Below are positions 40,797 through 49,313 of a DNA stretch of 64,000 nt, piece by piece; within the stretch, counting starts at the first letter, position 1, and every line of letters begins with the position of its first letter. The DNA lies in NCBI GenBank assembly GCA_965541615.1, contig CBEUCJ010000002.1, forward strand, positions 95,795-159,794, in the 5' to 3' direction. The notes beneath the pieces were generated by a model. The model was not told where the DNA came from, did not search any database, and was given only the letters and a program-made list of their open reading frames with translations. The position numbers were made by a program, and so were the translations under genes. This stretch comes from an uncultured bacterium (GTDB lineage: Bacteria; Omnitrophota; Gorgyraeia; Duberdicusellales; CBEUCJ01).

Positions 40797-41292
40797 ATTT
40801 AAAAAAATAGAAGAAGAAAAAATATTAGACGTTAATGCTTCTATGCAAGGGAATTTGGTCTTTAAGGATTCTGTGAATTTAAGAATCAATGGAAACTTTC
40901 AGGGAAGTTTAGAGTGCAGAGGTTTATTGACCATTGGAAAACAAGCAGTTGTAGAATCAGATATAAAAGGAGAGAACATAATAATTGAAGGGAAGTTTAA
41001 AGGGAAAATAGAAGCGAGTAAAAAAGTAAGTTTAAAAAATGGGTGCGTAGCTGAAGGTGAAATTTTGTGTCCAATTTTAGAAGTAGAAGAAGGTGCTTTC
41101 TTTGAGGGAAAAGTAAAAATGTTAAAAGATTTACTAGATTTAGATGAACTATCTCAATATTTAAAGATAGAAAAATCTCAAATAGAAAATTGGATAAATG
41201 AGAATAAAATCCCTTATCTAATAAAAGATGATAAAGTATTCTTTGATAGGGAGAAAATAGAAGAGTGGTTGACTTTACAGAGTAAAAAGTAA
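40789..41292 (+). CDS. Bactofilin (polymer-forming cytoskeletal protein) fused to a C-terminal excisionase-like HTH
   Basis: Beta-helix repeats LRINGNFQGSL, LTIGKQAVVESDI, IIIEGKFKGKI, LEVEEGAFFEGKVKM, then LDLDELSQYLKI...WINENKIP...FDREKIEEWL; GGAGG RBS. Confidence 0.88.
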   Translation: MAKFKKIEEEKILDVNASMQGNLVFKDSVNLRINGNFQGSLECRGLLTIGKQAVVESDIKGENIIIEGKFKGKIEASKKVSLKNGCVAEGEILCPILEVEEGAFFEGKVKMLKDLLDLDELSQYLKIEKSQIENWINENKIPYLIKDDKVFFDREKIEEWLTLQSKK

Positions 41293-41300
41293 AGACAAAA

Positions 41301-41603
41301 ATGCCAAAGAAGTTATTAACTGTCAGAGAAGTTTCACAGATTTTAAACATTAGCGAAAAGAGAGTCTTAGAATTAGTAGAAGAAGGCAAAATTCCTGCTT
41401 ATAGAGTAAATAAAGAGTTTTTAAGGTTTGATCCAGAAAAAATTTACCCTTTATTGAAAGATCTCAAATCTGAATTAGAACCTAAAACAGAAAAAATTTC
41501 TTTTAAAGAAAAAGTGTTAGATTTCTTTTACTTTTATGACTTTTATATAATTTCATTTTTGCTTTTTTTAATATTGATTTATTTTATAATTAAAGCTCTT
41601 TAA
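41301..41603 (+). CDS. Excisionase/MerR-like HTH protein with C-terminal transmembrane anchor
   Basis: LLTVREVSQILNIS...VEEGKIPAYRV...LRF HTH; C-terminal FYIISFLLFLILIYFII TM helix. Confidence 0.85.
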   Translation: MPKKLLTVREVSQILNISEKRVLELVEEGKIPAYRVNKEFLRFDPEKIYPLLKDLKSELEPKTEKISFKEKVLDFFYFYDFYIISFLLFLILIYFIIKAL

Positions 41604-41606
41604 AAA

Positions 41607-41680
41607 GGCGGCGTAGCTCAGCCTGGCAGAGCAAACGGCTCATACCCGTTGGGTCAGGGGTTCAAATCCCCTCGCCGCCA
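41607..41680 (+). tRNA. tRNA-Met (CAT, elongator)
   Basis: GGCGGCG/CGCCGCC acceptor, AACGG-CTCATAC-CCGTT anticodon arm, TTCAAAT T-loop. No CCA. Confidence 0.9.
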
Positions 41681-41689
41681 AATCTTTAA

Positions 41690-41954
41690 AATATATCAAT
41701 TTGCCCTCTATTCTTTAAAACACTGAGAGGGTTGAATATAGAAAAAGGCAAGTTCTGGAGTTGTGATCTTCTTAGAATTCGATTGGTATTATGGTACTAA
41801 TGAAGATGTTATATAATTGAAAGTGAAGCTATTATTCAAACTTCTGATGACAAAACTGCGATAAAGAAAGAAAATTTAGTATTTTTCCCTACAGGACTAT
41901 CTTGCCCTTGGAAGATAAAAGAGAAAAATCAGAAAATATTATTCTCTTGAATAA
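41690..41954 (+). pseudogene. Frameshifted small cupin (EutQ-like/DUF861) pseudogene
   Basis: Joining frames across three indels gives LRGLNIEKGKFWSCD/EFDWYYGTNE/CYIIESEAIIQTSDDKTAIKKENLVFFPTGLSCPWKIKEK/IRKYYSLE*, matching the W..FDWYY..E.CY....FP.G..C.W....RK.Y pattern. No start codon; the 5' boundary is approximate. Confidence 0.75.
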
Positions 41955-41966
41955 TTTTTTAAAATC

Positions 41967-42236
41967 TTATAAGACTAAAGATTTCAATTCTTTAGAAGCT
42001 CTAAATGTTACTTTCTTCTTAGCAGGGATTTGAATAGTCTCACCTGTCTTTGGATTCCTTCCTGTACGAGGTTTGGTTTCTTTCACTCTAAATGTTCCGA
42101 ATCCTGAAATAGCTACAGCTTCTTTCTTTTTTAAAGATTCTTTAATAGTTCCAAAGACTTTTTCTACTATTTCTGCAGCTTGTTTTTTGGTTGCAGTTAA
42201 TTTTGCTACTTCCTTAATTAAATCCTGTTTGTTCAT
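41967..42236 (-). CDS. hup: DNA-binding protein HU
   Basis: MNKQDLI, GFGTF, RTGRNPKTGETIQIPA; AAGGAGG RBS. Confidence 0.96.
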   Translation of the reverse strand: MNKQDLIKEVAKLTATKKQAAEIVEKVFGTIKESLKKKEAVAISGFGTFRVKETKPRTGRNPKTGETIQIPAKKKVTFRASKELKSLVL

Positions 42237-42264
42237 CTTTCAACCTCCTTTTTAAGATTTAAAT

Positions 42265-42293
42265 TTTATATCTTAAAAATGAAATTATGTCAA
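42265..42293 (-). promoter_or_regulatory. Putative strong sigma70 promoter of hup
   Basis: Minus strand: perfect TTGACA, 17 nt, TATAAA (TAAAAT 2 nt further). Confidence 0.55.
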
Positions 42294-42326
42294 GAAAAAT
42301 ATTTAATTTTATTGTAATTTTTAAAA

Positions 42327-42355
42327 TTGATAAAAACCTTCATGGAGTTTAAAAT
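42327..42355 (+). promoter_or_regulatory. Putative promoter of the serine hydrolase gene
   Basis: TTGATA-17 nt-TAAAAT; ATG 11 nt later. Confidence 0.4.
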
Positions 42356-42366
42356 TAATCTTTGAA

Positions 42367-43269
42367 ATGGTTAGTTTTGAAAAGGTAAAGAAATTATTTA
42401 TTTTTTTAATAATATTTAGTTGGAATATAATCTTTTGGATAAAATTTTCTTCAAATTTTGAAGAAAATAAGAGATTATCCCAACTCTACACTCTCTTACA
42501 AAAAGAACTTTTTAAAGAAATAAAAAAGTTTAAATTTGAAAATAAAGTATCCTTAGTAGTTAAAGATTTAAGGAATCCTTTTTTTAAGGTATATTTCAGA
42601 GAGAATGTTTGTGTGCCTGCAGCTAGTTTGATAAAGTTACCTGTGGTGTGTGCTGTCTTTAAAGCTTTTTTGGAAGGAAAGATAAATTTAGAAGAAAAAT
42701 ATCTTGTAAGAAAGAAAGATATTAGTTGGGGCTCAGGAGTTTTAAAAAAATTTAAATTGCCATATGAAGTTACTTACAAAAAGCTTATAGAACTATCTAT
42801 TACAGAGAGTGATAATACAGCTACTAACATCCTCATTAAAAGAGTAGGATTTAAATTTATAAATCAGGCTTTTAAAGAATGGGGTTTAAAAAACTCAAAA
42901 TTGAATAAATTGATACTATCAAATGCAAAAAAAGGAAATTTCACATCTGCTTCTGATATTTCTCAACTTCTTTCTTTAATTTATTATAAGAAAATTCTTA
43001 CTCCTCAGATTTGTAAAAAAATAATTCACCTTCTTATAAATCAAAAAATAAATGACAGGTTACCTAAATATCTTCCAAAAACAGTTATAGTAGCTCATAA
43101 AACAGGTTTAGAAAAAGGAGCCTTACACGATGCAGGTATTGTGTTTCTTCCACAAAGAGAGTATCTTATTTGTATACTTACACAAAAGAATAAAAATTAT
43201 AAAAGAGCTAAAGAATTTATTGCTCACATCTCAAAAGTAGTATTTAAAGAATATGAAAAATTCTTCTGA
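42367..43269 (+). CDS. Membrane-anchored serine hydrolase, class A beta-lactamase-like/PBP family
   Basis: N-terminal TM, AASLIK (SxxK), SDN, HKTG, HDAGIV. Confidence 0.88.
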   Translation: MVSFEKVKKLFIFLIIFSWNIIFWIKFSSNFEENKRLSQLYTLLQKELFKEIKKFKFENKVSLVVKDLRNPFFKVYFRENVCVPAASLIKLPVVCAVFKAFLEGKINLEEKYLVRKKDISWGSGVLKKFKLPYEVTYKKLIELSITESDNTATNILIKRVGFKFINQAFKEWGLKNSKLNKLILSNAKKGNFTSASDISQLLSLIYYKKILTPQICKKIIHLLINQKINDRLPKYLPKTVIVAHKTGLEKGALHDAGIVFLPQREYLICILTQKNKNYKRAKEFIAHISKVVFKEYEKFF

Positions 43270-43957
43270 TAAAAAAACATTGGAGAATTTTGAGTTCATT
43301 TTGGTACATCCTAAGACCCCTGAGAATATAGGACTAGTATGTAGAGTATTAAAAAATTTTGGTTTTTCTAACTTAAAGATAATCGGAAGTATAGATAAAA
43401 AAAGAGCTCAAATCACTTCAAGAAAAGGTATAGAAATTCTTAAAAAAGCTCAGTTTTTTGAAAGCCTTGAAGAAGCTTTAAAAGATGCAAATCTTGTAGT
43501 AGGCACTTCCAGAAGAAAGAGAGATTTAATTTTCACCTTTGAACTTAAAGAAGTCTTAAGATTACTTTTTTATCAAGCAAGAAGAGGCCGAGTCTGTGTT
43601 ATTTTTGGAAGAGAAGATACAGGTTTAAGAGAAGATGAGATAGAATTATGTGATTTTGCGATAAAAATTAATGCTCATCCTTCTTTTGATTCTTTAAACC
43701 TTTCTCATAGTGTAGCTATTATGTGTTATGAACTTTATAATTTTTATAGAACTGCTTACACAATACCTAAGTTGAATTTAGCTAAGAGAAATGAGATAGA
43801 AGATCTTTACAAAATATTAGAAACTTTATTTCCAAAGTTAGAATTGAAACCTCAGACTGTAAGAATCTTTAAGAGGATATTTAAGAGATCTGGTCTTACA
43901 AAAACTGAAGTGAATGTTCTAAAACTTTGTTTTTTGAGAATGTTAGAAAAAATTTAA
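43253..43957 (+). CDS. trmJ: TrmJ/LasT family SPOUT RNA methyltransferase
   Basis: PENIG..CR.LKNFG, VVGTS, FGREDTGL, SLNLSHSV. Confidence 0.85.
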   Translation: MKNSSDKKTLENFEFILVHPKTPENIGLVCRVLKNFGFSNLKIIGSIDKKRAQITSRKGIEILKKAQFFESLEEALKDANLVVGTSRRKRDLIFTFELKEVLRLLFYQARRGRVCVIFGREDTGLREDEIELCDFAIKINAHPSFDSLNLSHSVAIMCYELYNFYRTAYTIPKLNLAKRNEIEDLYKILETLFPKLELKPQTVRIFKRIFKRSGLTKTEVNVLKLCFLRMLEKI

Positions 43958-44136
43958 GAAGTCTTTATTACTTCTTGAGATTTGAGATATCTTTGTCTTT
44001 TTTCTAAAATTTTCTTTGCTAATTTTGGAAGTTGATCATAAGTAAGTTTATTTTGTTCGTAAAGTTTTATTTTTTCTCTCGCTTTCTTTAACTTTTTTCT
44101 ATGGATTTTACGCATTTCATTTTTATGCCTACCCAT
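43954..44136 (-). CDS. Small, very basic hypothetical protein (60 aa)
   Basis: Strong RBS AAGGAGGT upstream of ATG, upstream TTGACT-16-TAAAAT, and it fills the gap between genes exactly. Confidence 0.75.
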   Translation of the reverse strand: MGRHKNEMRKIHRKKLKKAREKIKLYEQNKLTYDQLPKLAKKILEKRQRYLKSQEVIKTS

Positions 44137-44196
44137 TTTACCTCCTTTCAGTTATAATTTAAATAATTTTAAAAATATTTTAAAAATAGTCAATAA

Positions 44197-45057
44197 ATGA
44201 ATTTGATTAAACCTTTTGATCCATGGAATTCTAAACTTTGCACCTGTCCAAAAAAATTTAGTCTTTCTCCATATACTGGGTGCTCACATTTATGTCTTTA
44301 TTGTTATGCTTCTTCTTACATAAAAAATTTTTTCCTTCCTAGAGAAAAAAAGAATTTTTTAGAAAGGTTAAAAAAAGAAATTAGAAAACTGCCAAAAGGT
44401 TCTTATATAAGTATGGCTAATTCTTCTGATCCTTATCTTGCATTAGAAAAAAAATTAAAATTAACTCAGAAAACATTGGAAATCTTAAAAGAATTCGATC
44501 TAAAAATAATGATAGTTACCAAATCTTCTTTAATATTGAGAGATATCAATTTATTAAAGGAATTTAAAAATATAGTAATAGCTATAAGTATTACCACTCT
44601 TAAAGATTCTTTAGCAAAAAGGTTAGAAAAATTAGCCCCTTTACCTAAAGAGAGATTAAACGCAATAGAAAAGCTCGCTAAACATTTTAAAGTAGTCTGT
44701 AGATTAGATCCACTTATCTATCCTTTAAATACTCATCATATTAAAGAGATAATCAAAGAATTAAAGAATAGAGGAACCAGCCAAATAATTACTTCTACTT
44801 ATAAAGCAAAACCTGATAATTTTAAAAGGATGCTCTCTGAGTTTCCTGAATATAAAGACTTATGGATTAAACTTTACATGAAAGAGGGAGAAAAGATTTG
44901 TGGATACAGATATTTACCTCAAAGTTTAAGGAGAAAAATTATTCAAGAAGTAAGAGAAATAGTTTTAAGAGAGAAATTGGAATTTTCAAGTTGCAGGGAA
45001 GGGTTCAGTGATTTAAATACAGAGATTTGTGATGGTTCAGGTTTTTTTAAAGATTAA
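44197..45057 (+). CDS. Radical SAM protein (SPL-like family)
   Basis: PYTGCSHLCLYCYA (CxxxCxxC), SDPY, VTKS; extra Cys motifs LCTCP and SCREG...CDGS. Confidence 0.88.
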   Translation: MNLIKPFDPWNSKLCTCPKKFSLSPYTGCSHLCLYCYASSYIKNFFLPREKKNFLERLKKEIRKLPKGSYISMANSSDPYLALEKKLKLTQKTLEILKEFDLKIMIVTKSSLILRDINLLKEFKNIVIAISITTLKDSLAKRLEKLAPLPKERLNAIEKLAKHFKVVCRLDPLIYPLNTHHIKEIIKELKNRGTSQIITSTYKAKPDNFKRMLSEFPEYKDLWIKLYMKEGEKICGYRYLPQSLRRKIIQEVREIVLREKLEFSSCREGFSDLNTEICDGSGFFKD

Positions 45058-46352
45058 AATTTTTTATTTAATTCTTTTACCATATTTTTTATTTCATAAA
45101 TCACATTTAAATCTTCTTTTTTAACTGCTGGAAATATAGAATTGTTTTGTAAAAGAGGTTCATTTTCTGTATTTAATTTAAAAGAATAATCTGTTTTAGG
45201 GACAGGAGAAAAATCAGCCAAAAAAATCTTACAACCTAAATTATGACAGAATACAATATCAGATTTTAATCTTTCAAAGTCTTGAGAAGGAAAACCAAAA
45301 CATAAATAGACTCCATATTCACCTTTTTTAAAACCTGCTTTCTGTAAGTTTTCAATACATTTTATGAACTCTTCTTTAGTTACTTTATTAGAAAATTTAT
45401 TTATTATTTTAGCATCAGAAGATTCATAAGAAATTCTAGGCATAACAAAACCTGCTTTTTTCATCAAAAAAGCTAAGTCTTTGTCTAAAAATCTAGCATG
45501 GAGACCATTAGGAGTGTGAATTTTTAGATTTAAATTTTTTACTAAGATTAGTTCTAAAAGGGATTTTAAGTTTTCATTTTTAAATAAAAGTGCATCATCA
45601 TAAAAAGCAATGTTTCTGACCCCTTTTTTATAAAAATATTCTATTTCTGAAAAGACTTTTTTATAAGATTTTTGATAGAATTTTTTATACATAAGTTTTA
45701 CTCCACAAAATTTACAATTAAAAGGACATCCCCAAGATGTTCTTAAAGCTACGTATTCTAAATTTTCATATACTTGATAGAGAGGGGTTTGTTCAAAGAT
45801 ATCTTTCTCAGTTACTTTCATCTTTAAATAATCAAAAAAATCTAAACCTGCATAGTCAGATGAAATAAAATCTACTTCTAAAGTTTTTTGAGCGTGTTCT
45901 CTACATAAAATAGCATAGTTACCTCCTAAAATTATCTTTACATTTTTAAATCTCTTTCTTAAAAATTGGACTATTTCTTTTATTCCTAAATACCAGTAAG
46001 AAAGAGAACTTGTTATCAGAATTAAATCTATTTTTAGATTCTTATCATTTAAAAATTCTTCAAATAGCTGGAGTGGAATACCATATCTTTTATATCTTCT
46101 TTTTATGTGAGAGTAAACAGCAGGTTTTTCTATTACCTCAAAGTAAAATTTTCCGCATCCATATTCGTTGCTTTTAAGTTGTATACCACTTTTTTTAAGG
46201 AGAGGATGGAATCTATCTAAAAAATCAAAATAAATAATGTTATGCCCTTTGCTTTTCAAAAAGCTTAAGATATGTAAAAAACCTAAAGGTTTAAGCCAAA
46301 GATCATAACAAGCAAAGTCATATGCAGGTGGACATACAGCTAATATATTCAT
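45054..46352 (-). CDS. Cobalamin-binding radical SAM protein
   Basis: YDFACYDLWLKPLG, YWYLG, ILGGNYA B12 domain; TSWGCPFNCKFC; FYDDALL; HTPNGLH. Confidence 0.9.
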   Translation of the reverse strand: MNILAVCPPAYDFACYDLWLKPLGFLHILSFLKSKGHNIIYFDFLDRFHPLLKKSGIQLKSNEYGCGKFYFEVIEKPAVYSHIKRRYKRYGIPLQLFEEFLNDKNLKIDLILITSSLSYWYLGIKEIVQFLRKRFKNVKIILGGNYAILCREHAQKTLEVDFISSDYAGLDFFDYLKMKVTEKDIFEQTPLYQVYENLEYVALRTSWGCPFNCKFCGVKLMYKKFYQKSYKKVFSEIEYFYKKGVRNIAFYDDALLFKNENLKSLLELILVKNLNLKIHTPNGLHARFLDKDLAFLMKKAGFVMPRISYESSDAKIINKFSNKVTKEEFIKCIENLQKAGFKKGEYGVYLCFGFPSQDFERLKSDIVFCHNLGCKIFLADFSPVPKTDYSFKLNTENEPLLQNNSIFPAVKKEDLNVIYEIKNMVKELNKKF

Positions 46353-46379
46353 TTGGTTTTTTATTCTACCAACAATATT

Positions 46380-46388
46380 TGATATAAT
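46380..46388 (+). promoter_or_regulatory. Extended -10 promoter of tilS (leaderless geometry)
   Basis: TGaTATAAT followed by 7 nt and ATG 46396; no SD. Confidence 0.55.
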
Positions 46389-46395
46389 AAAGACT

Positions 46396-47400
46396 ATGAA
46401 AAAAGATATAAAAAAAATATTTTTAGATACTATTTATGAGTATGGTCTTTTAAAAGAAGGAGAAAAAATTCTTGTAGGTTGTTCAGGAGGACAAGATTCA
46501 GTCACTCTTTTATTGTTGCTCCATTCTATAAAAGATAAATTCAAATTAAAGCTATTTGTATGTCATTTGAATCACGGTTTGAGAAAAGAAGCTACCAAAG
46601 AAGAAATTTTTGTCTCTGAACTCAGTAAAAAATTAAACTTACCTTTCTTTTCTAAAAAAGTAAACGTAAAAGATTTTTATCGCTCAGATTCTTTAGAACA
46701 AACAGCTCGTTTTGTTAGATACAATTTTTTTAAAGAACTCTCTCAAAAACTTAAAGTAAAAAAAATAGCTTTAGGGCATACAAAAGATGATTTAATAGAA
46801 ACAGTTTTAATGAGAATTTTAAGAGGTTCAGGTTTAATGGGATTAAGAGCTTTTAAACCTTTATCTGAAATAGAAGGAATGCAGATAATAAGACCTTTGA
46901 TAAATATCGAAAGAAAAGATACTCTTTCGTTTCTTAAAAATTTAAACCATCCTTTTTGTAAAGACTCTTCAAACTTAGATACAAAATTTTTAAGAAACAA
47001 AATAAGACTGAAATTGATACCTTTCTTAATAGAAAATTTTGGAGCTTGTGTTAAAGAACATATATTTTGTCTTTCTAAGATTTGTTGGCAAGATTACGAG
47101 TTTATTGAAGAGGAAGCTAAAAAATTCTTTAGAAAAATATCTTCTATATCTGAAAAAGAGGTCAAAATAAATTTAGAAAAATTTCAAAAACTTCACATAA
47201 GCCTTCAAAGTCATATCTTTAGACTCAGTTATCAAAGTGTTAAAGGAGATTTAAAGAAATTAACTTTCTCTCACTGGGAAGAAGTTAAAAACATATTATG
47301 TAAGAAATCTAATTTTAAAATAGTCTATCTTCCTGAACAAATAATAGCCTTTAAAAGCTCTGATAAACTTATAATTAAAAAAGTTGATTTAAAAAAATAA
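46396..47400 (+). CDS. tilS: tRNA(Ile)-lysidine synthetase
   Basis: SGGQDS, HLNHGLR, GHTKDD..ET, IRPL, DSSN, RNKIR; short form; upstream of ftsH. Confidence 0.95.
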   Translation: MKKDIKKIFLDTIYEYGLLKEGEKILVGCSGGQDSVTLLLLLHSIKDKFKLKLFVCHLNHGLRKEATKEEIFVSELSKKLNLPFFSKKVNVKDFYRSDSLEQTARFVRYNFFKELSQKLKVKKIALGHTKDDLIETVLMRILRGSGLMGLRAFKPLSEIEGMQIIRPLINIERKDTLSFLKNLNHPFCKDSSNLDTKFLRNKIRLKLIPFLIENFGACVKEHIFCLSKICWQDYEFIEEEAKKFFRKISSISEKEVKINLEKFQKLHISLQSHIFRLSYQSVKGDLKKLTFSHWEEVKNILCKKSNFKIVYLPEQIIAFKSSDKLIIKKVDLKK

Positions 47401-47412
47401 TCTAAATATAAT
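47384..47412 (+). promoter_or_regulatory. Putative sigma70 promoter of ftsH (leaderless geometry)
   Basis: TTGATT-17 nt-TATAAT; ATGs at 47418 and 47421. Confidence 0.55.
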
Positions 47413-47417
47413 AGAGT

Positions 47418-49313
47418 ATGATGAATAAAGAACCTTCCAAATCCCAAAAAAAAGATAGTTATCAGCCCTCTTTTTTTAGAAACGTATTTATATGGCTTTT
47501 GTTTTTATTTATCCTTATTCAGCTTTTTAACTTAGGGACAGGTAGATACACCAGATTAGTTAAAGAGTTTGCCTATGGAGAATTTTATCAACTTTTAAAA
47601 GAAAATAAGATAAAGATTAAAGAAGCTAAGTTAATTGAAGATTTATTACAAGGAAGGTTGGAAGATGGAAGTTACTTTCAAGTAAGAATTTATCCTGATG
47701 ATAAAGACCTTTTAAATTTTTTAAAAGAACATGTCAAAAAATTTGAAATAGTTTCAAGTAATAATTTTTTGACTAATTTTTTATATTATCTGGCACCCAC
47801 AATTTTATTCATTTTATTTTTATGGTTCTTTGCTTACAGAGGAGCAAAACTGGGAGATAGAATCTGGTCATTTAGTAAAGCTAAAGTAAAATTAGTAGAC
47901 CAGAACAAGCACCCCAAAGTAACTTTTAATGATGTAGCAGGAGTAGATGAAGCAAAAGAAGAATTAAAGGAAGTAATAGAATTCTTAAAGGATCCTAAAA
48001 AGTTTCAAAGGTTAGGTGGTAAGATCCCTAAAGGAGTTTTATTAGTTGGACCTCCTGGTGTAGGAAAGACTTTGTTAGCTAAAGCTGTGGCAGGAGAAGC
48101 AGGAGTGCCCTTTTTTAGTATATCAGGTTCAGATTTTGTAGAACTCTTTGTAGGAGTAGGAGCCTCTCGTGTAAGAGATTTATTCGAGCAAGCTAAAAAA
48201 GCAGCTAAAATTTCTGGCAAAGGCGCTATCATTTTTATAGATGAGATAGATGCTGTAGGAAGATTAAGATTTGCAGGTATTGGTGGAGGACATGATGAGA
48301 GAGAACAGACTTTAAATCAGCTTTTGGTAGAAATGGATGGGTTTGATCCCAATGAAGGAATAATAGTCATGGCTGCTACGAATAGACCAGATGTATTAGA
48401 TCCTGCTTTATTGAGACCTGGAAGGTTTGATAGACACATAGTTATCGATAGACCAGATATAAAAGGAAGAGAAGAGATTTTAAAAGTTCATACCAAAAAT
48501 ATAAAATTAGCAAAAGATGTAGATTTGAGGAAGGTAGCTCGGCAGACACCTGGTTTTTCTGGAGCAGATTTAGCTAACTTATGTAATGAAGCAGCTTTGT
48601 TAGCAGCTAGGAAAAATAAGGAAGCTGTTACTATGGCAGAGTTTGAAGAAGCTATTGAAAGGTTGGTAGCTGGTCCTCAAAGAAAGAGTAGAGTTATAAG
48701 CAAAAAAGAAAAAGAGATCGTAGCTTTCCATGAATCAGGACATGCATTGTTAGCTTTATTACTCCCAGAAGTAGACCCTCTCCACAAAGTTTCCATCATT
48801 CCAAGAGGAGTAGCTTCTTTAGGTTATACTATGCAATTACCTATTCAAGATAGATACATTTTAACAAAAAAAGAGTTATTATCTAGAATGACAGTGTTAT
48901 TAGGAGGAAGAGCTGCTGAAGAGTTGATTTTTAATGAAATAACTACAGGAGCTCAGAATGATTTAGAAGTAGTTACCGAAATGGCTAGACGCATGGTTTG
49001 CGAATTTGGGATGAGTACAGAATTAGGAAATCTTGCTTGGGGTAGAAAAGAAGGTCCTGTATTTTTAGGAAGAGATTTAATAGAAAAAAAAGATTATTCA
49101 GAACAAACATCTCAATTAATAGATAAAGAGATTAAAAAAATTGTAGATGAATGTTATGAGAGAGCAAAGTCTCTTTTAAGGGAGAATTTAGAGAAATTAA
49201 AACTTTTAGCAAAGACACTCTTAGAAAAAGAGATCTTAGATGGAGAGGAAGTAAAAGAAATTTTAGGTTTTAAAGATTCTAATGAAAATCTTCAGGATAA
49301 CAAATCATCTTGA
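47418..49313 (+). CDS. ftsH: ATP-dependent zinc metalloprotease FtsH
   Basis: Two TM helices, [26 protein letters not shown]. Confidence 0.98.
   Translation: MMNKEPSKSQKKDSYQPSFFRNVFIWLLFLFILIQLFNLGTGRYTRLVKEFAYGEFYQLLKENKIKIKEAKLIEDLLQGRLEDGSYFQVRIYPDDKDLLNFLKEHVKKFEIVSSNNFLTNFLYYLAPTILFILFLWFFAYRGAKLGDRIWSFSKAKVKLVDQNKHPKVTFNDVAGVDEAKEELKEVIEFLKDPKKFQRLGGKIPKGVLLVGPPGVGKTLLAKAVAGEAGVPFFSISGSDFVELFVGVGASRVRDLFEQAKKAAKISGKGAIIFIDEIDAVGRLRFAGIGGGHDEREQTLNQLLVEMDGFDPNEGIIVMAATNRPDVLDPALLRPGRFDRHIVIDRPDIKGREEILKVHTKNIKLAKDVDLRKVARQTPGFSGADLANLCNEAALLAARKNKEAVTMAEFEEAIERLVAGPQRKSRVISKKEKEIVAFHESGHALLALLLPEVDPLHKVSIIPRGVASLGYTMQLPIQDRYILTKKELLSRMTVLLGGRAAEELIFNEITTGAQNDLEVVTEMARRMVCEFGMSTELGNLAWGRKEGPVFLGRDLIEKKDYSEQTSQLIDKEIKKIVDECYERAKSLLRENLEKLKLLAKTLLEKEILDGEEVKEILGFKDSNENLQDNKSS

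Noticed and set aside
40789-41960. Excisionase-like HTH genes beside a tRNA as a prophage or integrative element
   Set aside because: No integrase, att duplication or phage genes. The HTHs are fused to a bactofilin and a TM helix within a coupled housekeeping run.
41681-41966. Riboswitch or ncRNA in the largest intergenic gap
   Set aside because: No GC-rich stems like those of this genome's tRNAs; the sequence is better explained as a decayed cupin gene.
42367-43269. Bona fide class A beta-lactamase resistance gene
   Set aside because: SxxK, SDN and KTG are present, but the omega-loop ExxLN general base is not visible; more likely a PBP-like serine hydrolase.
44197-45057. True spore photoproduct lyase
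   Set aside because: Only family-level similarity, no sporulation context, and different auxiliary Cys motifs.
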